Assembly (NCBI GenBank): GCA_030587475.2
Contig: JAUQYZ020000253.1
Location: 10,553 to 74,552 of the forward strand
DNA: 64,000 nt
Origin: Candidatus Sigynarchaeum calidifontis
GTDB taxonomy: Archaea; Asgardarchaeota; Lokiarchaeia; Sigyniarchaeales; Sigyniarchaeaceae
Direction: 5' to 3'
The position numbers and the translations under genes are program-made. The number at the start of each line of letters is the position of its first letter. Position 1 is the stretch's first letter. Below, one piece after another: positions 38,516 through 49,500 of this stretch. The notes under the pieces were generated by a model. The model saw only the letters and a program-made list of their open reading frames with translations, ran no database searches and was not told the DNA's origin.

Positions 38516-40633
38516 ATGCCCCTCGCGTTCAACGTCGACCGCATGCAAGCCCTGGGACGCTCGGGGATCTTGCGCGTGACCGGCACGGGGGATACAAGGG
38601 AGAAAACACCCCTTTTCATCCCAACGCTGCACGTACCTTTGCTTGGCTTGCCCGCGTACGTCCATTTCATCGAAACTCTCGTGACCGCCGGAAAGGTGAA
38701 GATGGTACTCGTCCCACCGCAAGCCGACATCTCGATGCTACCGGATGCCATGGAAAAACACGCGTTCCTTAGCAAGCTCGTGCTCCTCGCGGAGGCACCC
38801 GGCACGGCACAGCCCGCAATTCCCCCGTGCGCCTCGAGCATCCCGATTTTTCGATCGCCCTATCCGTCGACGTCTTTGGACGCTGCCTTCTCGATCGATC
38901 ACGCGAGACATTTCCTTGAGGCCGTTCAGCGAACTTGGGCCGGCGCTGCGGGTTCTTTCGCGCTAGCGATCGATGACCACGGCTTTCCCCAAATCCTTGA
39001 GGGACTCGATGCCTCGTTCATCAACATGGCCGCGTGGGCATTAGCGGTCGAATGTTTTGATACCGGCAGCTATGCCATCGACGATCTCGTGCGGAAATCG
39101 GTCGCGCTTCACGAGCGCCTCAGGCTCGATATATGTCGCCTCGCGTGGACAGCAGCGAAACCGCACCAGTTCAGCCACCTCGTGGCTGCAGGGTTTGATG
39201 CCGTCATCGAGACGGGGTATCTTGCCGACGCGAGCAAGGGCATCTATTATTTACCCGGCAAGACGTTGCGGATCGACGAATTGACGGAGTTGCCTTGCAG
39301 CTGTCCCTATTGCCAGCAACTGGCACCGGCCGGGGGCTCGGCCAAGCTCGGGACGCTTGGTGATCGCGTGGCACTGTACTCCCACAACATCACGATCGCA
39401 CTTGACGAAATGGCGCATATACGCCAGGAGATGCGTCTCCGCACGTTCCGCGATCATCTAGAAACCCGCAACCACGGTAGCGCTTTACTGGCCACGTTCC
39501 AGCGCAAGCTCGATGCACGGACGACGGGCATCACCACGACGACCACCGACCTCGCTGCCAGGGCATCGATCAACTTCATCGGGGCGGACTCCTACACGCG
39601 GCCCGAGGTGATCAAGTTCAGGCACAAGGTCGCCGCGCACTTCCACTTACCGCCCCGAACCCGGTGGGTCGTGCTGCTCCCTTGCAGCGCGCACAAGCCA
39701 TATTCAGACTCGCCGTCCCACGTGCGTTTCGTCGCTGCCATGTCGCGCGGTTGGAAGGACTGGCGCAGGCACTGCTCGGAGATCATCATCACCTCGCCCA
39801 TCGGCATCGTCCCCCGCCAGCTCGAGCGCTGTTTCCCCGCGGCACATTACGACGTGCCCGTGACGGGTTACTGGGACGAGCAAGAACATCGGTTCTCGGC
39901 CAACATGCTCGCCGCCCTCGTCAACGCGCACCTCGCATCGGGCAGCACCATCGACGGTATCGTCGCCCACGTCGACGGCGGGTATCGTGGCGCGTGCGAG
40001 CTCGCCGTCAAGGAAATCTCAATTCCCTTCACGTTCACGGGGCGCTTCGAATCCGCCACTTCGCGGGAAGCCCTCGACGCGCTCGCCGCGGCCATGGCCT
40101 CCCTTGCTACCAAGACAGAAATCAAGCCATGCGAAAAACCAGTCGGATCGCCGCAGGACGAGGACATGCGCGTGCTCGTCGATTACCAGCTCGAGACGCG
40201 GGGCGCCGGCAAGGTGCTATTTCCAGGCGCGATCAAGGTGCGGCAGCTGCAAGGTGTGGTCGTCCAAGCCATCGACAAGACGAGCGGCCAGCCGATGCTC
40301 GTCATTGACGGAGGTAGCGGCCACATCACGCTCGATAAACAAGCCGCCGATAGACTCTGGCAAGCCGCGCGATTGGATCCCACCATCAAGCTCAAGAAAG
40401 TACGATTTTGCGACAAGAACATAACTGGCAGCTCCGTGTTTCCGGGCGGGGTTGACCAGGCTGATGAAAATATTGCAGTCGGCGACGACGTGTTTGTCCA
40501 CGATAGGGAGGGACGTCTTTTGGCCTACGGCACTGCGGTAGTGCCGGGACCTCGCATGAAGGAGATGCACGGCGGTCCCGTCGTGGCTATCGTGAAAAAG
40601 CTAGGGGGGAAAACAGGTAATGTTTCCACTTGA
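38516..40633 (+). CDS. arcS: archaeosine synthase ArcS (TgtA2-type, with PUA domain)
   Basis: Degenerate TGT barrel with LPCSCPYC...HN, LLPCSAHKPYSDSPSH, ITSPIGIVPRQLE..FPAAHYDVPVTG.W, C-terminal PUA. Confidence 0.88.
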   Translation: MPLAFNVDRMQALGRSGILRVTGTGDTREKTPLFIPTLHVPLLGLPAYVHFIETLVTAGKVKMVLVPPQADISMLPDAMEKHAFLSKLVLLAEAPGTAQPAIPPCASSIPIFRSPYPSTSLDAAFSIDHARHFLEAVQRTWAGAAGSFALAIDDHGFPQILEGLDASFINMAAWALAVECFDTGSYAIDDLVRKSVALHERLRLDICRLAWTAAKPHQFSHLVAAGFDAVIETGYLADASKGIYYLPGKTLRIDELTELPCSCPYCQQLAPAGGSAKLGTLGDRVALYSHNITIALDEMAHIRQEMRLRTFRDHLETRNHGSALLATFQRKLDARTTGITTTTTDLAARASINFIGADSYTRPEVIKFRHKVAAHFHLPPRTRWVVLLPCSAHKPYSDSPSHVRFVAAMSRGWKDWRRHCSEIIITSPIGIVPRQLERCFPAAHYDVPVTGYWDEQEHRFSANMLAALVNAHLASGSTIDGIVAHVDGGYRGACELAVKEISIPFTFTGRFESATSREALDALAAAMASLATKTEIKPCEKPVGSPQDEDMRVLVDYQLETRGAGKVLFPGAIKVRQLQGVVVQAIDKTSGQPMLVIDGGSGHITLDKQAADRLWQAARLDPTIKLKKVRFCDKNITGSSVFPGGVDQADENIAVGDDVFVHDREGRLLAYGTAVVPGPRMKEMHGGPVVAIVKKLGGKTGNVST

Positions 40634-41711
40634 CTTGGAAGTCATCGCCCGCGAATGCCGCGACCGCGCGACCCGGAACAAGAAAAAGCTGAATGCGGTT
40701 GGCCCGGCAGAAATGGTGCACTCCTGGTTCGCGCCAGCCATGCTCCATGGCAAGCGGGGGCACGAGCTCGTGGTCATTTTGCTCACGCGCGGTTGCCGGC
40801 ATTATTATTCTAACGAGCTCGGCTGCACCATGTGCGGCTATAATAACGACAGCGCCGGCGAGCCAGTGCCACCCGAGGCCGTGCTCGCCCAGATCGAGAG
40901 TGTACTGGTAAAGCACGACGCGGAATTGCAAATGACCAGCGACGTGGTGGTCAAGATATTCAATTCTGGTAGTTTTTTTGACGAACTAGAGATTCCAGCC
41001 GTGATTCAAGAGAAGATATTGAAACGGGTTGCATTAATGCCCCAGGTGAAGGAGATCGCCGTGGAATCGCGCCCTGAATTCGTCGACGAGGCGTCCGCCA
41101 GGCGTTTCAAGTCGTGCTTGCGTGCGGACCAGGCGGGCGAGGTCGGCATGGGGCTGGAAACGTGGAACGACGACGTGAGGGCGAAATTCATCAACAAGGG
41201 TTTTACCCGCGAGCAGTTCCTCTCTGCACATGGCACGCTTCAAGCGGCTGGCATCGGCACGAAGGTCTACTTGCTCCTCAAGCCGCCGTTCCTCGGCGAG
41301 CGCGCGGCGTTCGATGACGTGGTGTCGTCGATCGAGCACTTGATGGTGCTCGGCGTCTCGACCATCTCGATCAACCCCGTCGCCGTCCACGCGCACACGG
41401 TCGTGGAAAGGCTGTGGGAACGAGGCGTGTATCGCCCGCCATGGCTACGCACCGTCCGGCTCGTGCTCCAGCGCGCGTTCACTTCGCGCGTCCGCGACGA
41501 ACGGGTACTGCTCATCTGCGACCCGGTCGCGGGGGGAAAGCCCCGCGGTGCCCACGATTGCAATGACCCCACGTGCAACCAGCGGTCATCGGAGACCATC
41601 AGAGCGGCTATCGAAGCCCAGGACACGGTTCCCGGTCTCGATCCCTTGCAGATAGATGGAAGCGACACGTGTGGTTGCACCATGCAATGGCTCGACGAGA
41701 TGCGGCTGTAG
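40620..41711 (+). CDS. archaeosine biosynthesis radical SAM protein RaSEA
   Basis: LTRGC...GCTMCGY, VKIFNSGSFFD..E, VESRPEF, INKG, YLLLKPPFL.E, YRPPWL, RGAHDC; overlaps arcS. Confidence 0.9.
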   Translation: MFPLDLEVIARECRDRATRNKKKLNAVGPAEMVHSWFAPAMLHGKRGHELVVILLTRGCRHYYSNELGCTMCGYNNDSAGEPVPPEAVLAQIESVLVKHDAELQMTSDVVVKIFNSGSFFDELEIPAVIQEKILKRVALMPQVKEIAVESRPEFVDEASARRFKSCLRADQAGEVGMGLETWNDDVRAKFINKGFTREQFLSAHGTLQAAGIGTKVYLLLKPPFLGERAAFDDVVSSIEHLMVLGVSTISINPVAVHAHTVVERLWERGVYRPPWLRTVRLVLQRAFTSRVRDERVLLICDPVAGGKPRGAHDCNDPTCNQRSSETIRAAIEAQDTVPGLDPLQIDGSDTCGCTMQWLDEMRL

Positions 41712-41776
41712 GAGAAAGGAAAAAAGAGGATTTTTTAAAAACAAATCGTTTCAACAACGATTTTTTGCACTTTGAT

Positions 41777-44700
41777 TTATTTTACGGGGCAATTCCCGCC
41801 GAGGAAGGTGCCTATCTCGGCTCTCAAGGCGTTGAACGCGCGATAATCCATTTCAGGCTTCCACTCGTTCATAAGGCTTGTCACGCGGGAGAGCAGCGAT
41901 CTGCCGACCTGGATTTTCGGATTGCTTGGATCCGCGATAGTCAAGTTGCCGATCGTGAAGCGCAGCAACTCGAAGTAATCGTGGTCCTCGAAGCCATCAC
42001 GCACGAGCTCGAGCCGGCTCGAAATATAATACCCGCCGCCAGGGGCGAAATATGTCAATGTTCCGCCGTTCCAACCTTGATAGCCGAGCCCGTCCGCGGT
42101 GTTGTAAGGGGTATTGATCGACCAGATCAAGTAATGTGTATAGTTATAAATGAATGTCTGCCAACCCAAGGCCCGCTGCTGCACCGCAAAACTCGCCGTG
42201 TTGATCGTCGGAAACGGGAAGCCCGGTCCACCCGTGGTGTAGATCCAGATCTGCTTTCCTGCTGCTTGCCATTCGGCGAAATAATACGGGACGTGTCCGC
42301 TCGTGTGGTGCACGATGATATCAACCACATCCCGGATTTCAGGACTATCACCCATCGTTTGCATGATCGGGATGGTCATATTCAAGGTATATTTTAACCA
42401 TCGGTAAAAGGCCAACCAATACGTGATTTCATGTGCCGGGGCCGCATCGAGCTCATCGCGGCCATTGTAATAGGTCTCATCGTACCATGACGTGTTCCTG
42501 CCCATCTCGTCGACGCGCGTCTTTGATTTCAGATGAGCTTCGAGCTGAGCCCAGTAGGCCGCGATCGTGCTGTTATATTTCGAGCAAGTCGAATACGTGT
42601 AAGCATCGTAAGGCGAACCATCGACGATGAACGTTCCTCCTGGTAGCACCGCTTGCGGGGAAAACCAGATCCCGAACGTGTTCATCTTCATCGCGTGGTA
42701 TTTATCGTAAAAGGCGTCCATCGCGGTGAAATTGAGCCCGCTTGGAGTACCGTTTGCCTGAATCGAGATGATCTGCGGCAAAGGAGCGTATGTCCACAGC
42801 ATCATCCGGTGTTCCTGGAAAATCTGCATGGTCTCGTTGAACAAGCTAGTGTCCTCGGGGATGCCCGAAAGGCCGAAGTTCGAAGCCAACGTGGGCACGT
42901 CTGGGAGCTTGAAGTCGAACACTCGCAGCTTGATAATAAACTTGATCGTCTGGATGTCTGCCCAACCGGAATCCCATTTTTTGTCGACGACGAAAGAGAG
43001 ATTACCCTCGTACTCGCCCGCTGGTGTAGCCGGGGGAACGTAAAACGTGAACCACATCGGGTGGTTGAGGCCATCAGCGACAGTCATAGGATAGAACGGC
43101 ACGAGCCGGTCGGCGATCACGTTGGAAAGTGCTTCCACGTATTCCATGACATACGGCTTGAATTTTGCCGCTGCCGGGGAGATGAAAGCAGGCCCCCCGA
43201 CCTGGTCAAAGCCGGAGAAGCTCACCGCGTATACCGAGAAATGCAGCTGGTTGATGGGGCGCATCACGATCTGGATGGATTCATACTCGTTCCGCGCCAT
43301 CTCGATCGGGATCTGGTTGTTGACATTGAATTGAACCCCCGGAACGGCTCCAGGGAAATAATATCTATCCACCCGGTTAAACGGGCTTGCCAGGTAGAAG
43401 ATGCAATTGTTGTCGACGTTCGCGAGAACGGGGAAGCTCTGCACGGACTGCACCGCGGATCCGATAAAAAACCCCGACACGCCGATGATGGTCAAGACGA
43501 ACAAGACGCGGGATATCGGGCGGGCCGACGTGGAACCGGTCCTCTTTTCTTGCGCCAGCCTCGCGGGCGGTGTCGTTGACACCTTTACTTGATTTGACGG
43601 GGTAACAGATGCCCTGGCCTTCGGGGGTACGAGCGTTAACATCAAGAAAGTACCACTGATCGCTGCGGCGGCTAGGAAATAATAAAACGCGTAGTCCGAC
43701 TCGGGGCTTGACCCCAGGAGAAAGCTCGTCCAGAAACACGTTCCACCGAGGATGAAGAGGAACGATAGGATCCCGTGCGGCGCGCGTGGATGGAAGCGAA
43801 TGACCTGGAGCAAGAAAAAGAATTCCATTGCGATGAGCATTGGCGTCATGACGTTCGACGCGCGCAGGTAGAGGATCTCCACGCCTGCACTCATCCAGAG
43901 GATATACAATGCCAAAATGGTCACGATCCCCGTGGCCCAGACGTGCGCGTGGGACGCGACATGGGAAATCACGCGATGCAAGAAACTGCCCTCCGAAGTG
44001 GCCGATCGCCGGATAGATAGCATCGAGACGAATGCTACTATCCAGGTAATGCCAATGGTTACCAGCGCGTCGTCCAGGACGGTTCGCTTGTTCAACACGT
44101 AATAAAGTGTCATTACATCCTCGCCTGGCGCAGGGCTCGCGAATCGGACGAATTGCAGGGGCCACATGTAGCCGATGATGACCTGGAGAACGATCATTCC
44201 CACCACGAAGAAGCCAAAGTTGAACCGGTTTGGACCAGGGAGGGTCGACACGCCCGGGAGGGCTTTATCATCATCTAGGACTGGTAGAGGCCTGAAACCC
44301 GATCGCCAGACACGGGACATGCCCGCGATCGCCATCACGCCGTACGCCAGGCCGAGCAACGCGTACTTGACGAGGAGGAGGCCCGCGAGCAGCAGTGCCA
44401 GGGAGGCAAGGACTTGCGGAAACAATACCCCCCCGAGCATCGCGTCCCACTTTGCCGCCATGGCCGGTGCCTTGCGATAATCTTCCAGCGCGTCAAGGAT
44501 GCACGCGAAGAAAAACACGTACGAGCAACCCAAGACGAACATGTATAGCCACGTGTAATATACGGCCGCGTATCCGTACGTGTAAAGCGCCGCTTCGTGA
44601 TTCCAGCTCGTGATGTAGAACAAGAGGCCGCAAAAGACCAGCATCGAACCGAAGGTAGCCGCGGTGATGATCACGCGTAACACGTTCCGCGCCTTCTCGC

Positions 44701-44896
44701 CCGGGATGCGGAACAATATTGCATAAGCGATGCACCCAGCCAGCGCCCCCGTGAACAATACCACCTCCATGAGCCGAAAAAAGTCCAATTGCTTCGCCAC
44801 CGGGGCGCTGTTGTGATACATCAAGAAGGTAAACGTCCAGTATGCAAAAGCAAACCCCGCGAGGCGTGATAGCGAGAGCCGTTGAATCGTCGACAT
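41777..44896 (-). CDS. polytopic membrane protein fused to a GH123-like/DUF4091 glycoside hydrolase domain
   Basis: About 14 N-terminal TM helices, then ARNEYESIQI, MWFTFYVPP..PAGEYEG, LRVFDFKLP, DE, IWIYT, R.LGW, SSRLELVRDGFEDHDY. Confidence 0.7.
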   Translation of the reverse strand: MSTIQRLSLSRLAGFAFAYWTFTFLMYHNSAPVAKQLDFFRLMEVVLFTGALAGCIAYAILFRIPGEKARNVLRVIITAATFGSMLVFCGLLFYITSWNHEAALYTYGYAAVYYTWLYMFVLGCSYVFFFACILDALEDYRKAPAMAAKWDAMLGGVLFPQVLASLALLLAGLLLVKYALLGLAYGVMAIAGMSRVWRSGFRPLPVLDDDKALPGVSTLPGPNRFNFGFFVVGMIVLQVIIGYMWPLQFVRFASPAPGEDVMTLYYVLNKRTVLDDALVTIGITWIVAFVSMLSIRRSATSEGSFLHRVISHVASHAHVWATGIVTILALYILWMSAGVEILYLRASNVMTPMLIAMEFFFLLQVIRFHPRAPHGILSFLFILGGTCFWTSFLLGSSPESDYAFYYFLAAAAISGTFLMLTLVPPKARASVTPSNQVKVSTTPPARLAQEKRTGSTSARPISRVLFVLTIIGVSGFFIGSAVQSVQSFPVLANVDNNCIFYLASPFNRVDRYYFPGAVPGVQFNVNNQIPIEMARNEYESIQIVMRPINQLHFSVYAVSFSGFDQVGGPAFISPAAAKFKPYVMEYVEALSNVIADRLVPFYPMTVADGLNHPMWFTFYVPPATPAGEYEGNLSFVVDKKWDSGWADIQTIKFIIKLRVFDFKLPDVPTLASNFGLSGIPEDTSLFNETMQIFQEHRMMLWTYAPLPQIISIQANGTPSGLNFTAMDAFYDKYHAMKMNTFGIWFSPQAVLPGGTFIVDGSPYDAYTYSTCSKYNSTIAAYWAQLEAHLKSKTRVDEMGRNTSWYDETYYNGRDELDAAPAHEITYWLAFYRWLKYTLNMTIPIMQTMGDSPEIRDVVDIIVHHTSGHVPYYFAEWQAAGKQIWIYTTGGPGFPFPTINTASFAVQQRALGWQTFIYNYTHYLIWSINTPYNTADGLGYQGWNGGTLTYFAPGGGYYISSRLELVRDGFEDHDYFELLRFTIGNLTIADPSNPKIQVGRSLLSRVTSLMNEWKPEMDYRAFNALRAEIGTFLGGNCPVK

Positions 44897-45041
44897 GAGT
44901 AATACTTTCGTTCTCTGGCTATTTGTGCGCAGCGAGCGTTCCAGATACCTTTATGAACCGCCCCGCCGAAGCTATCCCTGGTAACAAGGGCGTTCGAAAG
45001 CCCTCGCCGAATTGGCATGCCGAGTCAAAGCGTGGATCCGG

Positions 45042-46145
45042 ATGAGTATCACGACAATGAAGGAGCCAAGACTGGTAATCTTGAGCTTTAGCGAACTTGA
45101 ATGGTTAAAAAAGAGGATGAAAGGACAAAAGGGAACATTAGGCGGCATCGAGACGAACCACAAGAACTTGATGCGTGGACTCGCGGCTCGCGGGCACGTG
45201 ATCATCGAGAACCGTCCCGTCCCCGAAGGTATGACCCCGGACATCATCATCTGCCCCACCTTCGGTCCCTTGGCGCTGATCAACATCTGGCGAAAGAAGA
45301 AGAAATACAACTGCGCTTGCGTGCAGCACGCCCACACGACGCCCGAGGACATGGAGGGTGGCTTTTTGCCTGCCGGCCTCGGACCGCTGATGCGTGTATA
45401 TCTCCGCCAGCTTTACCGGTTCAGCGACATCTTGATCACCCCGTCCAACTTTTCCAAGCAATCGTTGATCCACCTTGCTATCCCCACCGGCGTGAAGATT
45501 ATCCCCGTGTCGAACGGCGTCGACTTGACGAAGTTCCGGTACAGCGACGAGCGACGGGCCAGGTTCCGCGAGTTCTTGCGAGCGAAGTTCGGGATCGATC
45601 CAGCCAAGCCCGTCATCGTCTGCGTCGGCGTGGTATGGGCGCGCAAGGGGGTGGACGTGTACCACGCGGTCGCAAAGGCGCTGCCGCAATACCATTTCAT
45701 CTGGGTTGGCCCGTACATCACCACGAAAGCGCTCGTCGATCAATACAGCGACTTGCAAAATCTCACGTTCACGGGGTTCGTCGATGACATCGTCGACGCG
45801 TACTGCGGCTCCGACGTGTTCTTCTTTCCGTCCCGCGCGGAGAACCAGGGCATCCCGCTGCTCGAAGCGGCAGCTTGCAAGCTACCCATCCTCTGCCGCG
45901 ACCTGCCAACGTATGACTGGTTGGAGAACGGCGTGCATTGCATCAAGGAAACGACGACCGAGGGATTCAAGGCCGCGCTCGTGCGATTAATCCAGGACAA
46001 GGGGCTGCGGGAGATGCTGGTGTCGAACGCGCTCGAGAACGTGCAGCAACACGATTTGGAGCGGATCCTGGACAAGGTCGAGGGCATATACCGGCGCGCT
46101 ATCAAGCTCCGGAAAATCGTGATCGAGCGGTATCAAAAAAAGTAG
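45042..46145 (+). CDS. GT4 (GT-B) glycosyltransferase
   Basis: HAHTT.ED, ITPS.FSK, VSNGVDL, RKGVD, DVFFFPS..ENQGIPLLEAAAC. Confidence 0.9.
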   Translation: MSITTMKEPRLVILSFSELEWLKKRMKGQKGTLGGIETNHKNLMRGLAARGHVIIENRPVPEGMTPDIIICPTFGPLALINIWRKKKKYNCACVQHAHTTPEDMEGGFLPAGLGPLMRVYLRQLYRFSDILITPSNFSKQSLIHLAIPTGVKIIPVSNGVDLTKFRYSDERRARFREFLRAKFGIDPAKPVIVCVGVVWARKGVDVYHAVAKALPQYHFIWVGPYITTKALVDQYSDLQNLTFTGFVDDIVDAYCGSDVFFFPSRAENQGIPLLEAAACKLPILCRDLPTYDWLENGVHCIKETTTEGFKAALVRLIQDKGLREMLVSNALENVQQHDLERILDKVEGIYRRAIKLRKIVIERYQKK

Positions 46146-46623
46146 GAAGACACGCCGACTTGATCGCTTTTCGAATTCATGCGGGGAATGAAGTGTATAT
46201 TCAAGCGTTTCTTTCGTGGAAAAAGGATGAAAACCCGCGCGATGCTCCCGTCTTGCGAAATATGCAACAGCTCGGCTTCCATGAAAGTCGTTGGCCGTCA
46301 ACAAGGCCGGGTCAAACGAAGATTTTTTTTAGAAAATCGGGCCATGCAGCCACATCACAATCGTACCAGACATCGACTGCCGAGAAATGGCTCGACAAAA
46401 TCCGACTGGCGAAATAGGTGCACGTTCTCGGCCCGCACAGAGCTCGATAACGTTAATACCGTATCAACAAGTATTTAAATGTTTATAAAAGGGGGAGATA
46501 AGTTAGAAAAACCGTTAAGTGAACATGGAACATTTATATGCCGATGAGGATTTTCTTTCGTTACTATTTCCACGGTTTCGACGGATTTGCGTCTTTAAAA
46601 AAAGATTAGAGAACCCGCCGTAG

Positions 46624-47010
46624 GTGTCCACTTCGTCAGCCATCAACCACTCTCCAGGGAAGCCGCTACGCCTCGGGAAACCGCTCCAGCGAACCAGCGC
46701 GGACCACTTGCTCTTCCGTGTAGGAGCCGATATCCCGCTGAAATCACTCGGCGAGAGGGTTGTGGACTCGTCGATGACGAATTGCGTGGGCACGGTCTAC
46801 GATATTTTCGGGCCCGTCGAAAGCCCGTTTCTTTCCGTCAAGTTGCAAGATTCGGGGGAAGCAAGATCCACCAACGACGTCGATTACCTTTCCGCGAGCT
46901 ATTTCGTGCTCCTCGAGCAGAGGCGGCCGGGGGGCAGGAACGCGAAAGATGCCAGAAAGTTCAGCAAATCCACCAGGTTCACCAAAACCGCCAAAACCAA
47001 ACGGGGCTGA
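46624..47010 (+). CDS. H/ACA RNP protein Gar1/Naf1
   Basis: RLGK, VVD...[18 protein letters not shown], basic tail; directly upstream of tfb. Confidence 0.85.
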   Translation: MSTSSAINHSPGKPLRLGKPLQRTSADHLLFRVGADIPLKSLGERVVDSSMTNCVGTVYDIFGPVESPFLSVKLQDSGEARSTNDVDYLSASYFVLLEQRRPGGRNAKDARKFSKSTRFTKTAKTKRG

Positions 47011-47014
47011 ATGC

Positions 47015-47971
47015 ATGGTCGTAAATCCAAGGGAGATCAACATCGAACGTGATGTCGAGGGAGAACAAGAGAAATGCATAACTTGCGGGACTGAAGTTTT
47101 TTTCGTGGATGATTACCGGGGCGAGAAAGTATGCTCCGCGTGTGGAACGGTAATGAAAGCAAAGATCATCGATCCAGGCCCGGAATGGCGGGCATTCGAT
47201 GCCGACCAGAAAAAGAAACGCACGCGGGTCGGAGCGCCGCTGACGTACACGATCCATGACAAGGGCTTGAGTACCATCATCGATTTCCGCGACCGGGACG
47301 TGTTCGGTCGAAAGATCTCGCCGCGCATAAAGGCACAAGTTTACCGGCTTCGGAAATGGCAGCGCCGCATCCGGGTATCGGACGCCATGGAGCGCAACCT
47401 GACCTTTGCATTGAGCGAGCTAGACCGAATGGCGTCAGCATTGTCGCTGCCCAAGAACTTGCGGGAAACCGCGTCGAAGATCTATCGAAGTGCTGTTAAA
47501 AATCATCTCATCCGTGGCCGCAGCATCGAGGGGGTCGCTGCTGCCAGCATCTATGCTTCTTGTCGTCTTTGTAAAATACCTCGCACGCTTCAAGAAATCG
47601 CCGAGGTCGCTCGCGTGGACAAGAAGGAGATCGGCCGCTGTTACCGGTTCATCTCGCACCGGCTCTCGCTCAACGCCGGCCCCACGTCGCCCGTCGAGTA
47701 CATCTCGCGGTTCGCCAGCGGGCTCAAGCTGTCGGGCAAGTGCCAGTCGACCGCCCGCCACATCTTGCAGGTCGCGTCGAAAAAAGGGCTCACGTCCGGC
47801 CGCGGCCCGACAGGGGTCGCCGCCGCGGCGCTCTACCTGGCCAGCGTGCTCGAGAAGGAGAGGCGCACCCAGCGCGATATCGCCAAGATAGCCCAGGTGA
47901 CCGAAGTCACGGTTCGCAATCGCTTTAAAGAACTCATCAGCAAGCTCAACATAAACATTACTGACGAGTGA
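47015..47971 (+). CDS. tfb: transcription initiation factor IIB
   Basis: Zinc ribbon, [15 protein letters not shown]....[41 protein letters not shown]. Confidence 0.97.
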   Translation: MVVNPREINIERDVEGEQEKCITCGTEVFFVDDYRGEKVCSACGTVMKAKIIDPGPEWRAFDADQKKKRTRVGAPLTYTIHDKGLSTIIDFRDRDVFGRKISPRIKAQVYRLRKWQRRIRVSDAMERNLTFALSELDRMASALSLPKNLRETASKIYRSAVKNHLIRGRSIEGVAAASIYASCRLCKIPRTLQEIAEVARVDKKEIGRCYRFISHRLSLNAGPTSPVEYISRFASGLKLSGKCQSTARHILQVASKKGLTSGRGPTGVAAAALYLASVLEKERRTQRDIAKIAQVTEVTVRNRFKELISKLNINITDE

Positions 47972-48206
47972 GATCCCTGGGTTCCGGCAGGAATCTGGCA
48001 CGATTTCAACCTCGTCGCCCCTATTCTTCCTTTTTCTCTTGATTCGCTTCACCCATGAGCTCGTCCAGGTCAAGAGACTCCCACTGTCTCCGAGGTTGCC
48101 TCGGCTTGTTTTCGGCCGCGCCAGCCCCATTGTGCGAAACACGTGCAAGCTCCGCTTTTTTAGCGCGCGATGGTGGTCTTCGTGATTATCTTGTTAGATC
48201 GCCCAA

Positions 48207-48506
48207 TTGAGCGATTTCCATAGCTTCTATACTTATTTCAGCTTCAATTTCATTCGATCAGATGTCGTACATTTACACGATCCGCATCTCGACCCTGTTG
48301 CGAGCAGCGCCGCGATGGAGATCCATGCTGCCGGCCTTCCGGATCTCCTGGATTGCTGGATCGCTGGCAGCGCGATCGCTCTAGGCGGTCTATTTATCAC
48401 CGAGGACGATGTGCTGAGGAACCTCGTCCGATCTGTGCCGGCTTACGCCAAGATTGCCGTCTTGAATTGGAACGAATTCCACGATCACGTGAAAAACCAT
48501 GGATAG
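48207..48506 (+). pseudogene. PIN/VapC-like fragment (C-terminal half only)
   Basis: DLLDCWIAGSA...FITEDD matches the PIN C-terminus; no N-terminal hydrophobic-strand DT motif; TTG start. Confidence 0.45.
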
Positions 48507-48536
48507 CGTCAAGTAGATATCTACATTCTAACCACA

Positions 48537-48914
48537 TCACTGCTTCTCCAGCCGTGCCTTGTTCTTGTACACCGCGGCCGGGTACTTGGCCGCGTTCTTC
48601 CCGATCTTGTCGATGATGGCCGCGGCGATGTCGATTCGCTTGCCCGTGATGCGCTCGATCGCGTTTACAAGGTTCAAGCTGTAGATCATGACGTCGGCTA
48701 TCTCTTCGATGACCTCGTCCAGGTGCTCTTTCTTCCGCACGTGCTCGCGTGCCTCGTCGATGCTCTTCCACAAGAAGTGCTCGGACAGCTCGCCGGCTTC
48801 TATCGAGATCGCGAGCGCCAGGTCTTTCGGCTCGTGGAACCGCTCCCACTCCCGCTCGGCCACGAACCGCCGCAATGCATCGCGCAAGGAATCGATGTCA
48901 TGTTCGGGTGCCAT
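48537..48914 (-). CDS. MazG-like nucleotide pyrophosphohydrolase (dCTPase type)
   Basis: F..EREWERFH.PKDLA..ISIEAGEL.EHF.W, EEIADV..Y, K..KN..KYP. Confidence 0.92.
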   Translation of the reverse strand: MAPEHDIDSLRDALRRFVAEREWERFHEPKDLALAISIEAGELSEHFLWKSIDEAREHVRKKEHLDEVIEEIADVMIYSLNLVNAIERITGKRIDIAAAIIDKIGKNAAKYPAAVYKNKARLEKQ

Positions 48915-49053
48915 GCTAGGACTTCGCTACGACACTTAAAAAAAGGCTCGATCAATTGAGCACGGGTTTCTGGTTGGATAGCACAAAACATCGGATTTTT
49001 TCACAAGGTAGTGCCAACAAGTGATGATTGTAGGCGCAAAAGGCGAGGAATTG

Positions 49054-49500
49054 TTATAACCCGTCGGAGCTGAAAAGATCCTTCAGGTCCTCCATTGCGG
49101 CCGCGTTCGATGATGAAAGCATCTTTTTCAACGTCTTGCCAAGCAGCGGGGCAAATTTCTTCATGGATGCTCGCACGAGACCTATTTGGATGTCCTTGTC
49201 GGAGATCACGCCGAGCACGCCCGCGTCCTCGCACGCCACGGCGAACCTGAAACCATTCTTGAACTCGTTGATCTGGATCTCGAGCCCCGAAAACTCGAGG
49301 GAATTTCCCTCCTCCTCGCCCGCCTGGAACACGGCACCCATAATCGCGCCGACCGCTTCAAGATCGAGTTGCTTGAACGCGTACTTGCTGAAATTGGCGA
49401 TCATCATGCCCGTCCGGTCCATTAATATGACATGCGTTATTCCAGACACGGATTGACCAATTTGCTCGAGTATCTGGTGGATGGTTTCCATACTGGACAT
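49054..49500 (-). CDS. roadblock/LC7 (MglB/LAMTOR-like) protein
   Basis: GITHVILMDRTGMMIA...AVGAIMGAVF...INEFKNG...GVLGVI....QIGLVR. Confidence 0.85.
   Translation of the reverse strand: MSSMETIHQILEQIGQSVSGITHVILMDRTGMMIANFSKYAFKQLDLEAVGAIMGAVFQAGEEEGNSLEFSGLEIQINEFKNGFRFAVACEDAGVLGVISDKDIQIGLVRASMKKFAPLLGKTLKKMLSSSNAAAMEDLKDLFSSDGL

Noticed and set aside
46146-46623. Possible RNase P or SRP RNA upstream of gar1-tfb
   Set aside because: No GAGGAAAGUCC-type P4 motif or SRP helix 8 is seen. The region is AT-rich and promoter-like, and its short ORFs have no motifs.
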